DNA of 64,000 bases from Vicugna vicugna (lineage: Eukaryota): contig MU058139.1 in assembly GCA_013265495.1 (NCBI GenBank), forward strand, positions 124,001-188,000. Reading direction: 5' to 3'. This document shows positions 50,562 to 63,200 of the stretch, piece by piece. Under the pieces are notes generated by a model. The model worked only from the letters and a program-made list of their open reading frames with translations. It was not told where the DNA came from and searched no databases. Within the stretch, counting starts at the first letter, position 1; every line of letters begins with the position of its first letter. Both the position numbers and the translations under genes were made by a program.

Positions 50562-51697
50562 GTACGCTCAGCATCTCCTGTACCAGAGATGCTCACAGCT
50601 TAGAAGTATTGTCCCTGAGTGAGTCCTGCTGCCAATTCCTCTGCTGAACCTGCTTTCTTGTCCAGTTGCTCCAAGGTTTAGAACTAAGCCTTTCTTTGCA
50701 GAAATGGTATGAAATTCACAAGGTAAATATTTCAATTTAAGCCATAAGAACCTTTTCCTCAAAGGAAAAATTAAATTCGCCTTTGCCATTTTCATTATGT
50801 CCATTTTGAAAACAAAATATGCAGAAGTGGTTTAGTTTTTTCTAAGGGAGAGTTTTCCCTACAGCAGCCATTTCATTTCCCTGGAATATTACACATAATC
50901 AAGTCACTCTCTGGCTCTAGAATGTACAGTGGCTCCCTGTTGCCTGTTGAATAAAGATTGGGGCTGTTTTCAGTCATCCCTTATAACCAGCTTCACCCTG
51001 TCCATCTAACCTGATTTTTCACTGGTTCCCTAAAAATACTTCCTTTCAAGCCAAACAGCTTTCCTTATCACCCGACCCCATGTGCCCCAACGAGTATTTC
51101 TGCTTTATTCTGTGTTCCTTTATTCTGGAAGTATCTCCTGCCAAACTTATCCAAATTCCTTCTTTGCTTCCCATCCAAATGTATCTGCCCCTCAAGAGTA
51201 CTTCATATTCAACCACCTTCCTGAAAACCTCTTGTGACGACTTCACGCCTTATCAGATAACGCACATTTCTGGAGATGTTACTGTGTGTTTAGGACAATG
51301 GTAGACCCTGTGGAGAGATAAGGAAGCAGGAAATATTGTCTCCATGTATTACCTGCTTATCTTCCTGTTGAGGAGACAAGACTAATACAAAACGGCCGAG
51401 AAGAGACAAGAACTAAAGAAAAGAACTGAATTGTGTGGGCAGAGGTAGAGGCAACACCAAGAGGCCGAGGAAATTCGGGGCGGGGGATGGGATATCAACT
51501 AGACTTGGAACACGAGGTGAGATTTGGGTGGATGCTGAAGGAAAAAGGAGTCAGATGGGAAGAAAGAACGGCAGGGCTTTTGTCTCCAACGTTCATTACC
51601 CAGACTTCTCTGAATGTTTCAGCAGCAGGGTGAGAGTGGCCTTAGCCTCTTTCTTTTCAGAGTCTGAAAAGCAGAGTTCGTCTCCTTTTCTTTGCAG

Positions 51698-51810
51698 TTT
51701 GTGGAGGGTCCCTCTCAGGGATGGAAGGAAGCTTCAGCTACATGAGCCCTGATGTTGGTTATGTTCATGACGTCAACTGCTTCTGGGTCATCCGAACTGA
51801 AGAGGGAAAG
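51698..51810 (+). CDS. CUBN: Cubilin exon 13 (CUB1 start)
   Basis: [37 protein letters not shown]. Confidence 0.96.
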
Positions 51811-52279
51811 GTAAATATAGTATCTCCTGTCCAAATGTACATTTCATCTAGATACACGAATGTGTAGTATGTCATGTGTGTGTCACATAAAATACATACA
51901 GTGATAGTCCAGCTGTCATTACTGATGAATTTCCAGGTGTCAGGCTTTGGGTTAAGTATTTTACGTCCCTTTCTCTAAACCTTAAACACTAACTCTTTGA
52001 GTTAAGTACTATAGTATCCTCGTTTTATAGAAGAAATAATGGAAACTATGAGAAGCTAAGTGATAAAAAAAACTCTTTAGCTGGTAATTGGACTAGTTGG
52101 ATTTCAAAGTCACATTCGTCTTTCAGAGTCCATGCTTGGCCCAGTACAGACGCTTCTCTACATGGATGGGCTGACTGCAAGCCTGTAATGCTGTCACTGA
52201 GACAGCAGCGATCACTCAGGGTTATGTGGATTCTTATGCAAAAATGGGGCTGCTATTAAGATGGTTTTCTTAATGATGT

Positions 52280-52490
52280 CTTCTCTGTGCCAGTGCTTGG
52301 GCCCATGTGCGATGATCGTTTCTTCACGTATATGACATCATTGTATTTTAACTCTCATCACCCCGAAAAATAAGAATTATTATCCCCATTTTACATACAA
52401 GGAAGAGCAGCTGAGAACTTGGTCCAGGGGCACGTGGTTTGTCAGTGACATGCAGGGACATGAACCCAGGCCCTTCAACCCCAGTGAATG
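52280..52490 (-). mobile_element. MIR SINE (a second probable MIR at about 51930-52130)
   Basis: attattatccccattttaca...aggaaga...gaacccaggc. Confidence 0.65.
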
Positions 52491-52678
52491 AATGAGCTGC
52501 TACACAAACACTCTGCAAATTAAGATCTGGGCCCGAGGTTTTCAGCGCTTTCATCCCCACCATGAATTACTCAGACTCTTCCACATATTTCTTTCTCAAC
52601 CAACTCCCGAACTCATTAAAGTTGTGTATCTAAATAGCTAAGGCTTTCCCTTGAAATCCTGTTAACTTTTCCCAGCAA

Positions 52679-52802
52679 GCTAATGTTGCAAAGGTCATTG
52701 TGCAAGGTCAGAAATATTTTTTCCCTTGAGGAGTGAGGATGCTAATGTTGCAAAGGTCATTGTGCAAGGTCAGAAATATTTTTTCCCTTGAGGAGTGAGG
52801 AT
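52679..52802. repeat. Perfect 62-bp tandem duplication
   Basis: GCTAATGTTGCAAAGGTCATTGTGCAAGGTCAGAAATATTTTTTCCCTTGAGGAGTGAGGAT x2 (52679-52740, 52741-52802). Confidence 0.97.
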
Positions 52803-53325
52803 TCTTTGAGGCCTGGTGACCCCACAATAGAATAAAGTCAATCTTCTGGTGGCTATGTAATGTGAATTTCCTTCCGTCCATTTAGTTTGCATGAATTCTA
52901 TTTCCTGACATTGAAAACACTTTTCTTTAAAAAGAAAAAAGACAAGTCATTTTGTGAAAAAATTTTAAGTCTCTTATTATCAATTTGTAAAAAACTTCAT
53001 GCAGTTTTTCTCGATTATTGTGATTTTATATCTTCTTATCCCCCTCACAGTTTACAAAATGCAGTGGAAATTATACTGAAATAGTTGAATTCATGAACAG
53101 TTATTTGATTTTTATTGAAATTGCTTCAAGGCGAAAATGATGTAATGTTGGGTAACAGATCTTAAGAACGCCCTAGCAAAGAGCTTCAAAATCTCCTGAT
53201 ATCCTCTTTCATGAGATGAATATTGTTGTGGTTTTAGATCATCATGGAAATTAAATTCAATAGCCCCCTTTTGGTAGCTTGGCTATTTTAAATGAAGTTG
53301 TTAGTACTGAATTTTTTATGTTTCA

Positions 53326-53600
53326 TTAATTATGTTATAATTAATTATATAATTATGTATACAAGCAACTACATAATTATGCATATAGTTAATGATATAA
53401 TTATGTCTATAATAACTATAAATTATTATAATTGATAATTATATGTTTAATTATTTTATCATTTATGTTTAATTATATATTATATAATTAATATATTAAT
53501 ATTGATATCAACACATCCCTTAATAATTATTATTACAATAAAAACTAATTATATATTTAATTATTTTATTATTTATATTGAATTAATTATATATTTAACT
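53326..53600. repeat. AT-rich low-complexity tract
   Basis: Degenerate ATAATT/TTATAT repeats. Confidence 0.85.
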
Positions 53601-54039
53601 ATGCACTTTCTAACATTTTAACCTGGGGACACATATTTATGATTATTCTCACCTACTTGCATATTCAGAAATCTTCATATTACCTTTCCCCTAATGTCTG
53701 CTCTCGGTATTACTCATCTCCACCAAAGACCAGCATCCTTTACACATGCCTACACCATGCCTACTGTCTACACTTGAGGTTGTCTATCCAGGCTGAGCAT
53801 TAACCGAGAGGTTCAGAGACCCCCCCCAAGGAATCAGCATCTCGGGGGGTGTCGGTGATGAACTGTGTGTATGCTACACACTACAGGTTATTTGTCATTA
53901 AATTTAATTCAAGGTCAGTTTTTCAAATGTCCACTGTATTTTACTGATTTGGAAGTTTTGTTTGCTATACATTTGGAGTGTCTTTGTTTAATGAACTTGC
54001 CAGTTTCATGAAATCTAGACAAATCCATTTCATTAACCC

Positions 54040-54380
54040 AATGAGAAACAACTCAACGAGTACAAAATTTCAGCTACGCTAGGTGAATAGTTTCTAGAGA
54101 TCTGTACAGCAGAGAAGGCCTATAGTTAACAATATAGCATTTTGCCCTTCAAAATTTAAGAGGGTAGATCTCATGTTGTGTTCTTACCATAAAAAAGAGA
54201 AAGAGAAGAGAGAGGGAGAGGGACAGGAGAGAGGGAGACAAGGAGCCCCTAGAAGGTGTTGGACATGTCTGTTCATTGACTGCAGTGATGGTATCACAAG
54301 TGTTTATGTCTGGCCAAACTCCAAACATTAAGTATGTGCAGTTCTTTGCATACCAATGATACCTAAGTAAAGCTGTTAAA
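54040..54380 (+). mobile_element. L1MA/MB-like 3' end
   Basis: gtacaaaatttcagcta...gagggtagatctcatgtt...gtatgtgcagtt...aaagctgttaaaa; possible TSD aaatccatttcattaac (54021-54037) / aaatctgtttcatcaac (54380-54396). Confidence 0.75.
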
Positions 54381-54594
54381 AATCTGTTTCATCAACATTA
54401 AGATGTTTGATATAAGCAATTTTTTAACACGAGTCATTTAATATGTAGAATTATCATATGTGCTTGTGGATAATTAAGAAATGATGTATCTCTTGAAAGC
54501 AATTCAGTAATAAATGCTTCCTAGTTAGTAGGAGAAATACTTTAGAATTAACATAGAAATAAAAACGAATGTCTTATGACCTTTCTGTTTTTAG

Positions 54595-54829
54595 GTGCTG
54601 CGTATCACTTTCACGTTTTTCCAGTTAGAATCAGCGAACAATTGTCCACATGAGTTTGTTCAGATTCACGATGGCGATTCCTCCGCAGCATTTCAACTTG
54701 GACGGTTCTGTGGCTCCAGCCCCCCTGACGAACTCCTCAGTAGTGACAATGCCCTCTATTTCCATTTCTATTCTGAACATTTAAGAAATGAGAGGGGCTT
54801 TACAATAAGATGGGAAACACAGTCACCAG
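54595..54829 (+). CDS. CUBN: Cubilin exon 14 (CUB1)
   Basis: [40 protein letters not shown]...[11 protein letters not shown]. Confidence 0.97.
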
Positions 54830-55279
54830 GTAAGTGTCACCATGGAGAGAAATAAAGCAGCCTCTTGAGGTTATTACATTTTCTTGATCGGTATTAGACT
54901 TCTGGATACATGAGCTGTTTTGGGATGGAGTGATATATTATTTTGATAATTTTTTTAAATTAAATAAATCTAAGATGGATTAGACTTTCATTTTGTGTTC
55001 AGAGGTAATAAAACCTAGATGAAATGGAAAAGTTTAAAAAAATGAGTCTTAAAGCATCTCTTACGAAATTTCTGCTAGTGAAATATTGCAGGGATGCTGT
55101 GAGGACATTGCCTGCTCCTTCATTTGGGGTTTTTTATCTTCATGTCATTTGACGACTTGTTCTTTCTGTGGTATTTTGGTTTTGGTGCTCTCTTTTTTTT
55201 TTTTTTAACTTTTTTACTATGAATTGTTTAAACATACAAAAAATTAGAACAGCATACCAAAACTCCAGTTTATTCATCA

Positions 55280-56730
55280 ATAAATCTGTGGATTTATTTC
55301 TGGAATTTCTTGTCTTTTCTGTTGGTTTATTTATCTATCCTTGTGCCACACTGGTTTATCTACTGGAGCTTGAAATCTCGTGGTGTAAAACCTTTTTGCT
55401 CTTTTGAAATATGCTAGATCTTTTTACATTTTCACAAATTTTGGAATGGACTTGTTAATTTTCCCCAACAATCTACTGGGATTTTGTTGGCATTGCATTG
55501 AGTATGTAATCAATTTGGGATGAAATGAATTCTTAAAAATATTGACCCTGCCAATCCATGAACATGGACTATCTGTATATTTACTTAGTTCTAATTTAGT
55601 GATGGTTTATAGATTTCAGTGCTTAAGTATTCCACACTTTTTATTAGTTTTTCTCCCCCTAGATATTTGATACTTTATGCTACGTTAAATGATATTATTT
55701 TTCTAAAATTGTGTTTTTCATTTGTTGTTAGTATATAGATTTATTCTATGTATAAATATTTTTAAATATTTGGTTTTGAATCCAGCCATACTGCTAAGTT
55801 CACTCATAAATTCTAGTCATTTTTTGATAGATTCTTTGGATTTCTCTATATACACAGTTATGTTATCTGTCAATATGTTATGTTTTTCTACTTCCTTTCC
55901 AATCGTTGTAACTATTATTTCTCTTCCTTGACTTATTTAATACAATGTTGGATTAAAGTAATGGAGTGGGTATCATTGTCTTGTTTCCAGCTTCATAGGG
56001 AAATATTCAATGTCTCACCTTTTAATATAAAGTTTAACTGTAAGTTTTTGTAGATAACTTTTATCAGATTAAGGAAGTTCACTTTGAATTTCTATTGCTG
56101 CATAACAAATTACCTGCGAATTTAGTGTTGTAGAACATTAGTTACTTTATTATGTTTCCGTTTTTGTGGGATAGGAATTTGGAAAGGGCCCAGCATGACA
56201 ATTATCACTTGACCTCTTAAGCAGTTAAAATCAGATCTTGGCTGGGGCTGTAGTCATTTAAAAACTCAACTAGGCTGGAAATCCAAGATGACTCACTCAT
56301 ATAGCTAACAATTGATGCTGACCTTTGGATGAAAATTCAATCAGGCTATTGACTTGAGTGTCTACATGTAGCCCCTCTCGGATGGTGCTCTTAGAGCAGT
56401 GGAACTTCTTTCATGGTAATTGACTTCTCTCAGAGCAAGTATTACAACACAACCAGGCAGGTACTGCCTGGCTTTTATTGGCCTGTCCTTGGAAGGTCAT
56501 AACGTGTTATTTCTGCTCTACTTTTAATTGGTTGAAGCAGTCACAAGCCCACTCAGATTCAAGAGGAGATGACACAGACCCCCACCTTTCAATGGGAGAA
56601 GTGTCAAAAAATTTATGAACATTTTTACACCATCACACCTTTTATTACTAGCTTGCTGAGAATTTTTATTATGGATGGATGTTGAAACATATTAAATGTT
56701 TTTCTAAATCTGTTGAGATGATCACATGGT
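55280..56730 (-). mobile_element. Old L1 ORF2 fragment, interrupted by a MaLR LTR
   Basis: L1 antisense sequence breaks at ttaaggaagttc (about 56080) and resumes at cctttttattactagcttgctgagaattttt (about 56638). Confidence 0.7.
56085..56637 (-). mobile_element. MLT1-type MaLR LTR
   Basis: ttctattgctgcataacaaattacc...cagtcacaagcccactcagattcaagagg...ccatcaca. Confidence 0.75.
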
Positions 56731-57759
56731 TTTCTCCTCTGCTTCTGTCACTTTTCCTCTCTCCTTCTGGGACTCAGATCACACACAGAGGTTTTGGCTT
56801 TGTCTCATAGTTCTTATATTTTCTATTAATCTTCAGTCTTCCCCTGTGCACATGCAGCCTAAGATTCAGCTAAGGACCCAAGGAAACTCCTGTAAATTTT
56901 TTGGTGCTATTTTCATGCAGCTGCCTTCTCTGCAATACCCTGCTCCAAGATCCCAGCCACTTTAGTAGCCCCCAATTCTGAGTTGTTTCTTTCGCCCAGC
57001 AAGAGTCTTGCCGCTGTGTGGGCCCCACTGCCCTGCACTGCACTGCGGGAAATGCGCCTAGGGAGAGTTCTGGGGTGAATGGGGGACTTAACACATGTGC
57101 TTCCCTTCTTTCAAGGATCACAGTCCTTTGCTATTTGCTGCTCAATGACTGAAAACATAAAAACTAAAGCGAGCAAACAAGAATTATTAATGTTAAATAT
57201 TAGCATTAAAATATTAATCATCATTTAAATTTATTTGTTAAAGCAGCTGGGTTGTTTGTCTTGTAGATTATCTCACATTGTGGATTTTCTTGTTTCTATC
57301 CCATGTGCCATTTATCATGTTGTAAATGGGGTAGTTAGATCAGGAGGTTTAATCACATTCAGGCTTTTTTTTTTTTTCCTTCACTGTCAGAAGGTACTTC
57401 ATGTCTGCTTGTCTCTCTGTTATGACTGTCACATTGATTAGAGTGTTTGGTCTCCTTGGGTTGCTCTTCCTATTAAAAAGCCTCTTTTTTGCTCTTCCTC
57501 TATGGTCTTAGCAACCCTCGGGCTCATTGTTTAGATTAGTTGTTCATTAGGGCTTATAAAATGATGACAGTTTATCATTTCTTCTTTATTTATTGTCTGG
57601 AGTTCTTCAATGGAGTGGAACTTTCCTGTCAACTATTTGGTCACTCTCACATAGAGGTCATGCAGGGAAGGTAGGATGAATGCTTAATTCTGCTCCTTCC
57701 GAAATCCTGAAGATCACTCAGTAACTGGAGCGTAGTGTGCCACTGTGTAGACCTGTCAT

Positions 57760-58260
57760 CTACCATCTGTTCAACTCAGGCTCTACTGATGGGTATTTGA
57801 CTTGTTTCCAGTCTTCTGGAATTCCAAGTGATATTGCAACAAGTGCCTCGTGAATTGTCTTATCAAATTTTTGCCAGTGCATCTTTGGGATAGATTTCTG
57901 AAACTGGGACTGCTTGGTCCAAAAATAAATGCCGAAGTGTTTGCTAAGTACAGTCACCATCGTCTCTTCTGTAGTTGTACTGTTCTGCATGCTCTGCAGC
58001 AATGTATGTGAGTACCTATTTCTCCAGAGCCTCACTGATCATATATTTTCAAAATTGTGGCTTTTTATCATTCTGAGAGACAAGAAATGGCATGTCTGTG
58101 AATTTTTCATTTGCATCTCCTATATTATGAGTGAGGTTGAACATCTTTTCCATGTATAAAGGAGTTTTGAATTTTTTTTCAGTGAACTCTTTGTTTACAT
58201 CTCTGTTCTTTTTAGAAGCTCTTCATATTTTAGAGAGAGTGACTTTTTGTATTATCGACA
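57760..58260 (-). mobile_element. Old L1 3' fragment
   Basis: gtgaggttgaacatcttttccatg, tttctccagagcctcac; minus ORF 57760-58035 weakly ORF2-like. Confidence 0.6.
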
Positions 58261-58932
58261 GCAGTTTCCCCAGTTTCCCATTAACTTATAGCACTTTAAT
58301 TTTTTGACCCATGTGATAAATTTTTCAAGTACTAAGTTTCAAAAAACGTCTCTTCCTCTGAGTAACTGAGATGTTTTCTTGTCAGGAACAGCGAGAATCG
58401 TGTAACTAAATTAGCTTCACTTTTTGCCTTGGTAGGAAAATGTTTTGTCTGAATAACCTGCATGGCTATGTAAATTTCAAAGCTTGCATATCTGAAATAT
58501 CACTTTCTCTTATATTTTTTTCTAATTTATATTTACTGTAGTCTAGATTTGTTTTCTGTTTTTTCTATTTTAAGTAGCATTTCTTATAAGCCACCACCGA
58601 TTCTTTGCTAGGTAAATGTGGGTATTAATAAAGAAAAGACTCTTCTAGTTGCTGACAGGCAGCTTTAGGGGCTGGTGGGATGCAGTGGTGGTGGTAGTGG
58701 AGTGAGAGAAAGCCCAGCCCATCCTCCCCTCACTCCACTCCTGGGAAAATGGCTCAACCACCTGTAGACATTCAAATTTGTTTGTTTATAAAATGAATGG
58801 TTTAAGTATATCACAGTGTTAAGAAACCTTCTCAAATGAAAATTATGTGACACTTAACTATTCTAATGTATAAAATGATCTGGTTTTTTGAAAGGATTTG
58901 TAAGAATTAATGTGTTTGTAAGAGTTAATGTA

Positions 58933-59170
58933 CAAAGGGAGAGGGGAGGGATAAATTAGGAGTTTGGAATTAACAGATACACACTACTATATATAAAATA
59001 GGTAAACATCCAGGATTTACTGCATAGCACAGGGAACTATATTCAATATCTTGTAATGACCTATAATGGAAAAGAGTCTGGAAAAGGTCTGAAAGTATGT
59101 AACCAAATCACTGTGCTGTTCACCTGAAATTAATACAGCATTGTAAAACAACTATACCTCAATTAAAAAA
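58933..59170 (+). mobile_element. Artiodactyl-type L1 3' end (5'-truncated)
   Basis: gggataaattaggagtttggaattaacagatacacactactatatataaaatag...cacctgaaattaatacagcattgt...caattaaaaaa; TSD aagagttaatgta/aagagatgatgta at 58920-58932 and 59169-59181. Confidence 0.85.
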
Positions 59171-59518
59171 GAGATGATGTAGGGAAATGAACCTCCTTCA
59201 AAGTGAAAAAATAGATCTGTCACCCCATTATTGGTCCCTCAAACAGTCCAGCACTGAATGTTAAATCATGCCACCAAAAGATGGCTAATAAACACAGAAC
59301 TAAATGCATGGGTGATTCATTTATTTATCAGTCGGCACTCCTGGATTTATAACTTTATCGAAACCAAAAATGGAAAGTCTTGCTTAATTTATGAGGGTGT
59401 CTAACGCTGCACATAGTTATTTAAACAAAGCTTTTCTTCTTATAGTAAAGGCTATGATAATTCTACAGAAATTATAACTGTATACAAATGTAAAGTTACC
59501 TTTTCCTTTTTATTTCAG

Positions 59519-59700
59519 AGTGTGGAGGTACACTGACTAGTACTTATGGCTCTATTAAGTCTCCGGGATATCCTGGAAAGTATCCCCCAGGGAGAGATTG
59601 TGTGTGGAGAGTGATAACCAGTCCTGATCTCCTGATAACATTTACCTTTGGGACCTTAAGCCTGGAGCACCATGATGATTGCAGCAAAGATTATCTTGAG
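59519..59700 (+). CDS. CUBN: Cubilin exon 15 (CUB2)
   Basis: [60 protein letters not shown]. Confidence 0.97.
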
Positions 59701-61491
59701 GTAAAGGATTGGATTTATATAGAATTTACTATGATAGGATTAGAACTCAGGGAACCATGATTGGCGATCGCCTTGGATGACCACAATTTATTAGCAATGG
59801 TTGGATGTATTCCTCAATAGGCAGCTGATGCCTTAGTCCTGCTAACTCCCTTTTCTTAATTGTATCAGCTTGTTGCTGCTTCTGGGTTCTGCTTGAATCT
59901 GGGAAACAGACTACCTTGTTTTCCCCTGTCATTTCTCAGAAGCCCCGTCCCCTAACATGGGAATAGCAGAATACACGAAATCAACACCCAGGAATGGCTT
60001 TCTTCTCCAATGCAGATTCAAATCTTCAGTTGTCTGTTGTAAACAGACAAGGTGTTTCACAAGTTGACTACAGTGTTCCACGAAGAAAAATAACAGCAGC
60101 TGTGTTGAAATGGATTGCTGAAGTGTGTGCCTCACTGGAATATATCACTAATTGTCACTGAGAGGCGAGGAGTCCCCCTCTGCCCCTCCTGTTTATCACT
60201 AATGAAAAATTAAACTATGGAAGAGGGAAAAAAGCTGTTATATTCAAATGCCATTAGCGTGTAGTTCTATTAAAAACGTTGCTCTCCATTTGTAGAATGA
60301 AACGATCGTTGAGAAGATTGAGTTCTTATGTTGTTCCTGTCTTGTTTATCACCATAAATCTTAGTACCCCTTGTAGTAGTGAAAAAAGATAATAAGCTTT
60401 TCCAAGTCCATTAGAGAAGAATGGAGCCTCAGGGAATTATTCATAAAGGATGGAAGGAGTATGACTGTCAAACGGGAATCTCCACAAGTTAAAGTCATTA
60501 GTAATTTAGCAGGTGAAATGGATTTGGAACCTTTGGGAATGACTGGAAGATGGACCTCTCCCTGGAAAATATCAGAAAGATAATCCTTTAAATGTTGACA
60601 TTAAAGTGAATTTTCTTGAAATTAATTTAAATTCAATTTAGAGGCATTTAGTTTTCATTCGTGCATGATAACTCCTGGATACACATGTAGTAGAACCAAT
60701 CATTCTGATAACATTGAAATGCCTCTCATTTCTCAACAGTATTTCAAGGATCTAGCTAAATTACAGGAATAAACTAATGCTGCCTTATAACTTTGCTGCC
60801 AATAAAAAAGTAATTTGAGTGAACAAAATTGGCCATATTAAAGTGTTATTTAGATCATTGATGCTTGGATGTTCTCTGTAGGACAGAATTTGCAGTTACA
60901 ACGGAAATAGAGTGGTTGACACTATTCTGTAAGAGATTAAAACCCAACAATTAAAAAGGATTTCTAAGGTCACATGATCCTTATTGTGGTACTTAATTAC
61001 TATGAAAGTTGTACTTTTGAAATTCACAAAACTGTCTTTATGTTGCATCTAATCTGACTTCATTTCCTTTTCCACCTCTGATCCCCCTGAGTGCTTAGAC
61101 CAAGCTGTGCTTCAATGAACATTGTTTGTGTTCCTTCTTCTGGTTTTTTGTGTATATTCATTTCTTTTCCTAGATCACTAGGAATTTATCATTTCAAAAC
61201 AAATATCTGGGGCAGGGAGAACCTAGGAAAGAAAATGTGGAGAAATATTTGTAAGAAAAATTCCAAGTTTACATCTAGCCTCCGAATTAAAATTCAGAAC
61301 ATAAGGCATCCAGGATGATGGGAGATTACCCTTCCCAGAACCCCAACCATGTGTTAGATGCACAGGTGACAGGAGACCCTCCCAGAGCCATCACTTTTAA
61401 AGATGGGTTTTTCTGAAGTTAATGTACAAAATGACTGGGTTTGTTAAAAATCTAACCACTTTGTGCTTAATGATTTTTTCTCTTGTTTTAG

Positions 61492-61654
61492 ATTCGAGAT
61501 GGCCCTTTGCATCAGGACCCCTTGCTTGGGAAGTTCTGCACCACTCTCTCTGCCCCACCTCTCCAGACTACAGGTCCCTTTGCCAGAGTTCATTTCCATT
61601 CTGACAGCCAGATTAATGACCAAGGGTTTCATATCACCTACTTAACATCACCTT
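61492..61654 (+). CDS. CUBN: Cubilin exon 16 (CUB2)
   Basis: [54 protein letters not shown]. Confidence 0.97.
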
Positions 61655-62743
61655 GTAAGTAACTTGATAATTGGGAGCTTAATATGAAGGTACAGGAGAG
61701 TGCTACCCTGAGAGCTGCTTTATATTTTAAGGCTGCAGGTGACTGACTTACACTGATAACATGTCTTTATAAACATTTCTCTCATTGCTCCAAGTTTTTT
61801 CTTTACTTTCCCTGTGTTCTACTATTAATGCTGTAGTATCCCATGGTCCCCAAATTATGGGGTCCACATTATGATAGATATGTGTGGCCCCTGAAATTAA
61901 ATAATTCAGACATCAGTTCCTTGGCTGTTATTCAGTGTTTTGTTGTGAGAGATGTTGTTCAGGAGGGAAATGCAGTCTACCTTGAGACATGTCAGATTTT
62001 ATAGCTGCGATGCCTTTCAGTTACATTTATACCTTAAAAGAAATCAACAAACCAACAAAAAAAAACAATGAAACGCTTTATGATTTTTATTTTAGAGCTG
62101 TCAAGGATTTTGTTCTTAATATACATCAGCATGCCCCGAGGAGAATTCACAGGAAAAACTCCTTTTAAGTCCCAGTACCAGGAAAAAGAGCAGTAAACAG
62201 TCTTTTCACCAGTCCTCTTTCTCCATTTACTTTGGCTTCAGGCTGGAGACGCAGCGACTTTCTGTCATGTGTGTATCCGTCTCTGTTTTCTGTGCATGTA
62301 ACTTTCCCGTGACTGCATCTTGCTCTTCTCTACTCGTTATCCCTTTAATCTGATTCATTTTTCTAGCTACATATTTCCTATTTTTATTTTCATATTTCAT
62401 TTTCTAGCTACATATTTATTACATATAGTTCATGAACTGCCTCAGTTCTCTTTGGAATGAAGGTGGGCATAAATGCATTTAAAAAGTAACTTGTAGATGA
62501 GGGTGTTAGATTGGAGGTTAGGTCACACGTTTCTACAGCTATTTGCTGAGGCACTGTGTGGCTGTCCCACAAGCACGTGTCAGACTGAAGGTCTTGTTAA
62601 AGGCGTAAACCTGTATACGGTGAACAGAGTGGATAAATGATGACGATGTGTGTGTGTAATTTTAGCCAATTATATCTCATGCCGGGGAGCGGGAGGAATG
62701 GCCATCCCTGTGACCTGTCCCTTCTCGTCTGTGCTTTCTGCAG

Positions 62744-62931
62744 CGGATCTGCATTGTGGAGGGAACTACACAGACCCAGAGGGTCTCCTCTCTGCTGACT
62801 TGTCTGGACCTTTCATGCACAACAGACAGTGCATCTACACCATAAAGCAGCCCCCGGGAGAAAAAATACAGGTCAACTTCACCCACGTGGAGCTGGAAAG
62901 CCAGAGCGGCTGTTCTCTGAGTTACATCGAG
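62744..62931 (+). CDS. CUBN: Cubilin exon 17 (CUB3); gene continues beyond the window
   Basis: [62 protein letters not shown]; donor gtaact. Confidence 0.96.
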
Positions 62932-63000
62932 GTAACTTCTGCTACTTAGTGACCCTCAGCTGATGTTTATCAACATTGTTTTTTTTAATATTCTATAGAG

Positions 63001-63200
63001 CAGAGGTCTTCAAATGGTTGTTGGGTCAGCAGCATCCAGACGACCTGGTGGTCTGGATGTCAGTGATGGAATTCTGTGCCCTATCCCAGACCCACTGAGT
63101 CAGAGCCTCCAGAGGGTAGGCTGAGCAAGCTGCATGGTAAGAGACCCCGCCCCACCCCGAGGATGATTCTGATGCAGGCCAGAGTCTGAGAACAACTGTT
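63001..63200. mobile_element. MER5-like DNA transposon remnant
   Basis: cagaggtcttcaaa...gatgattctgatgcaggccagagtctgagaacaactg with imperfect terminal inverted repeats. Confidence 0.6.

Noticed and set aside
52679..52802. CRISPR-like array
   Set aside because: Only two head-to-tail copies with no spacer, in a mammalian intron.
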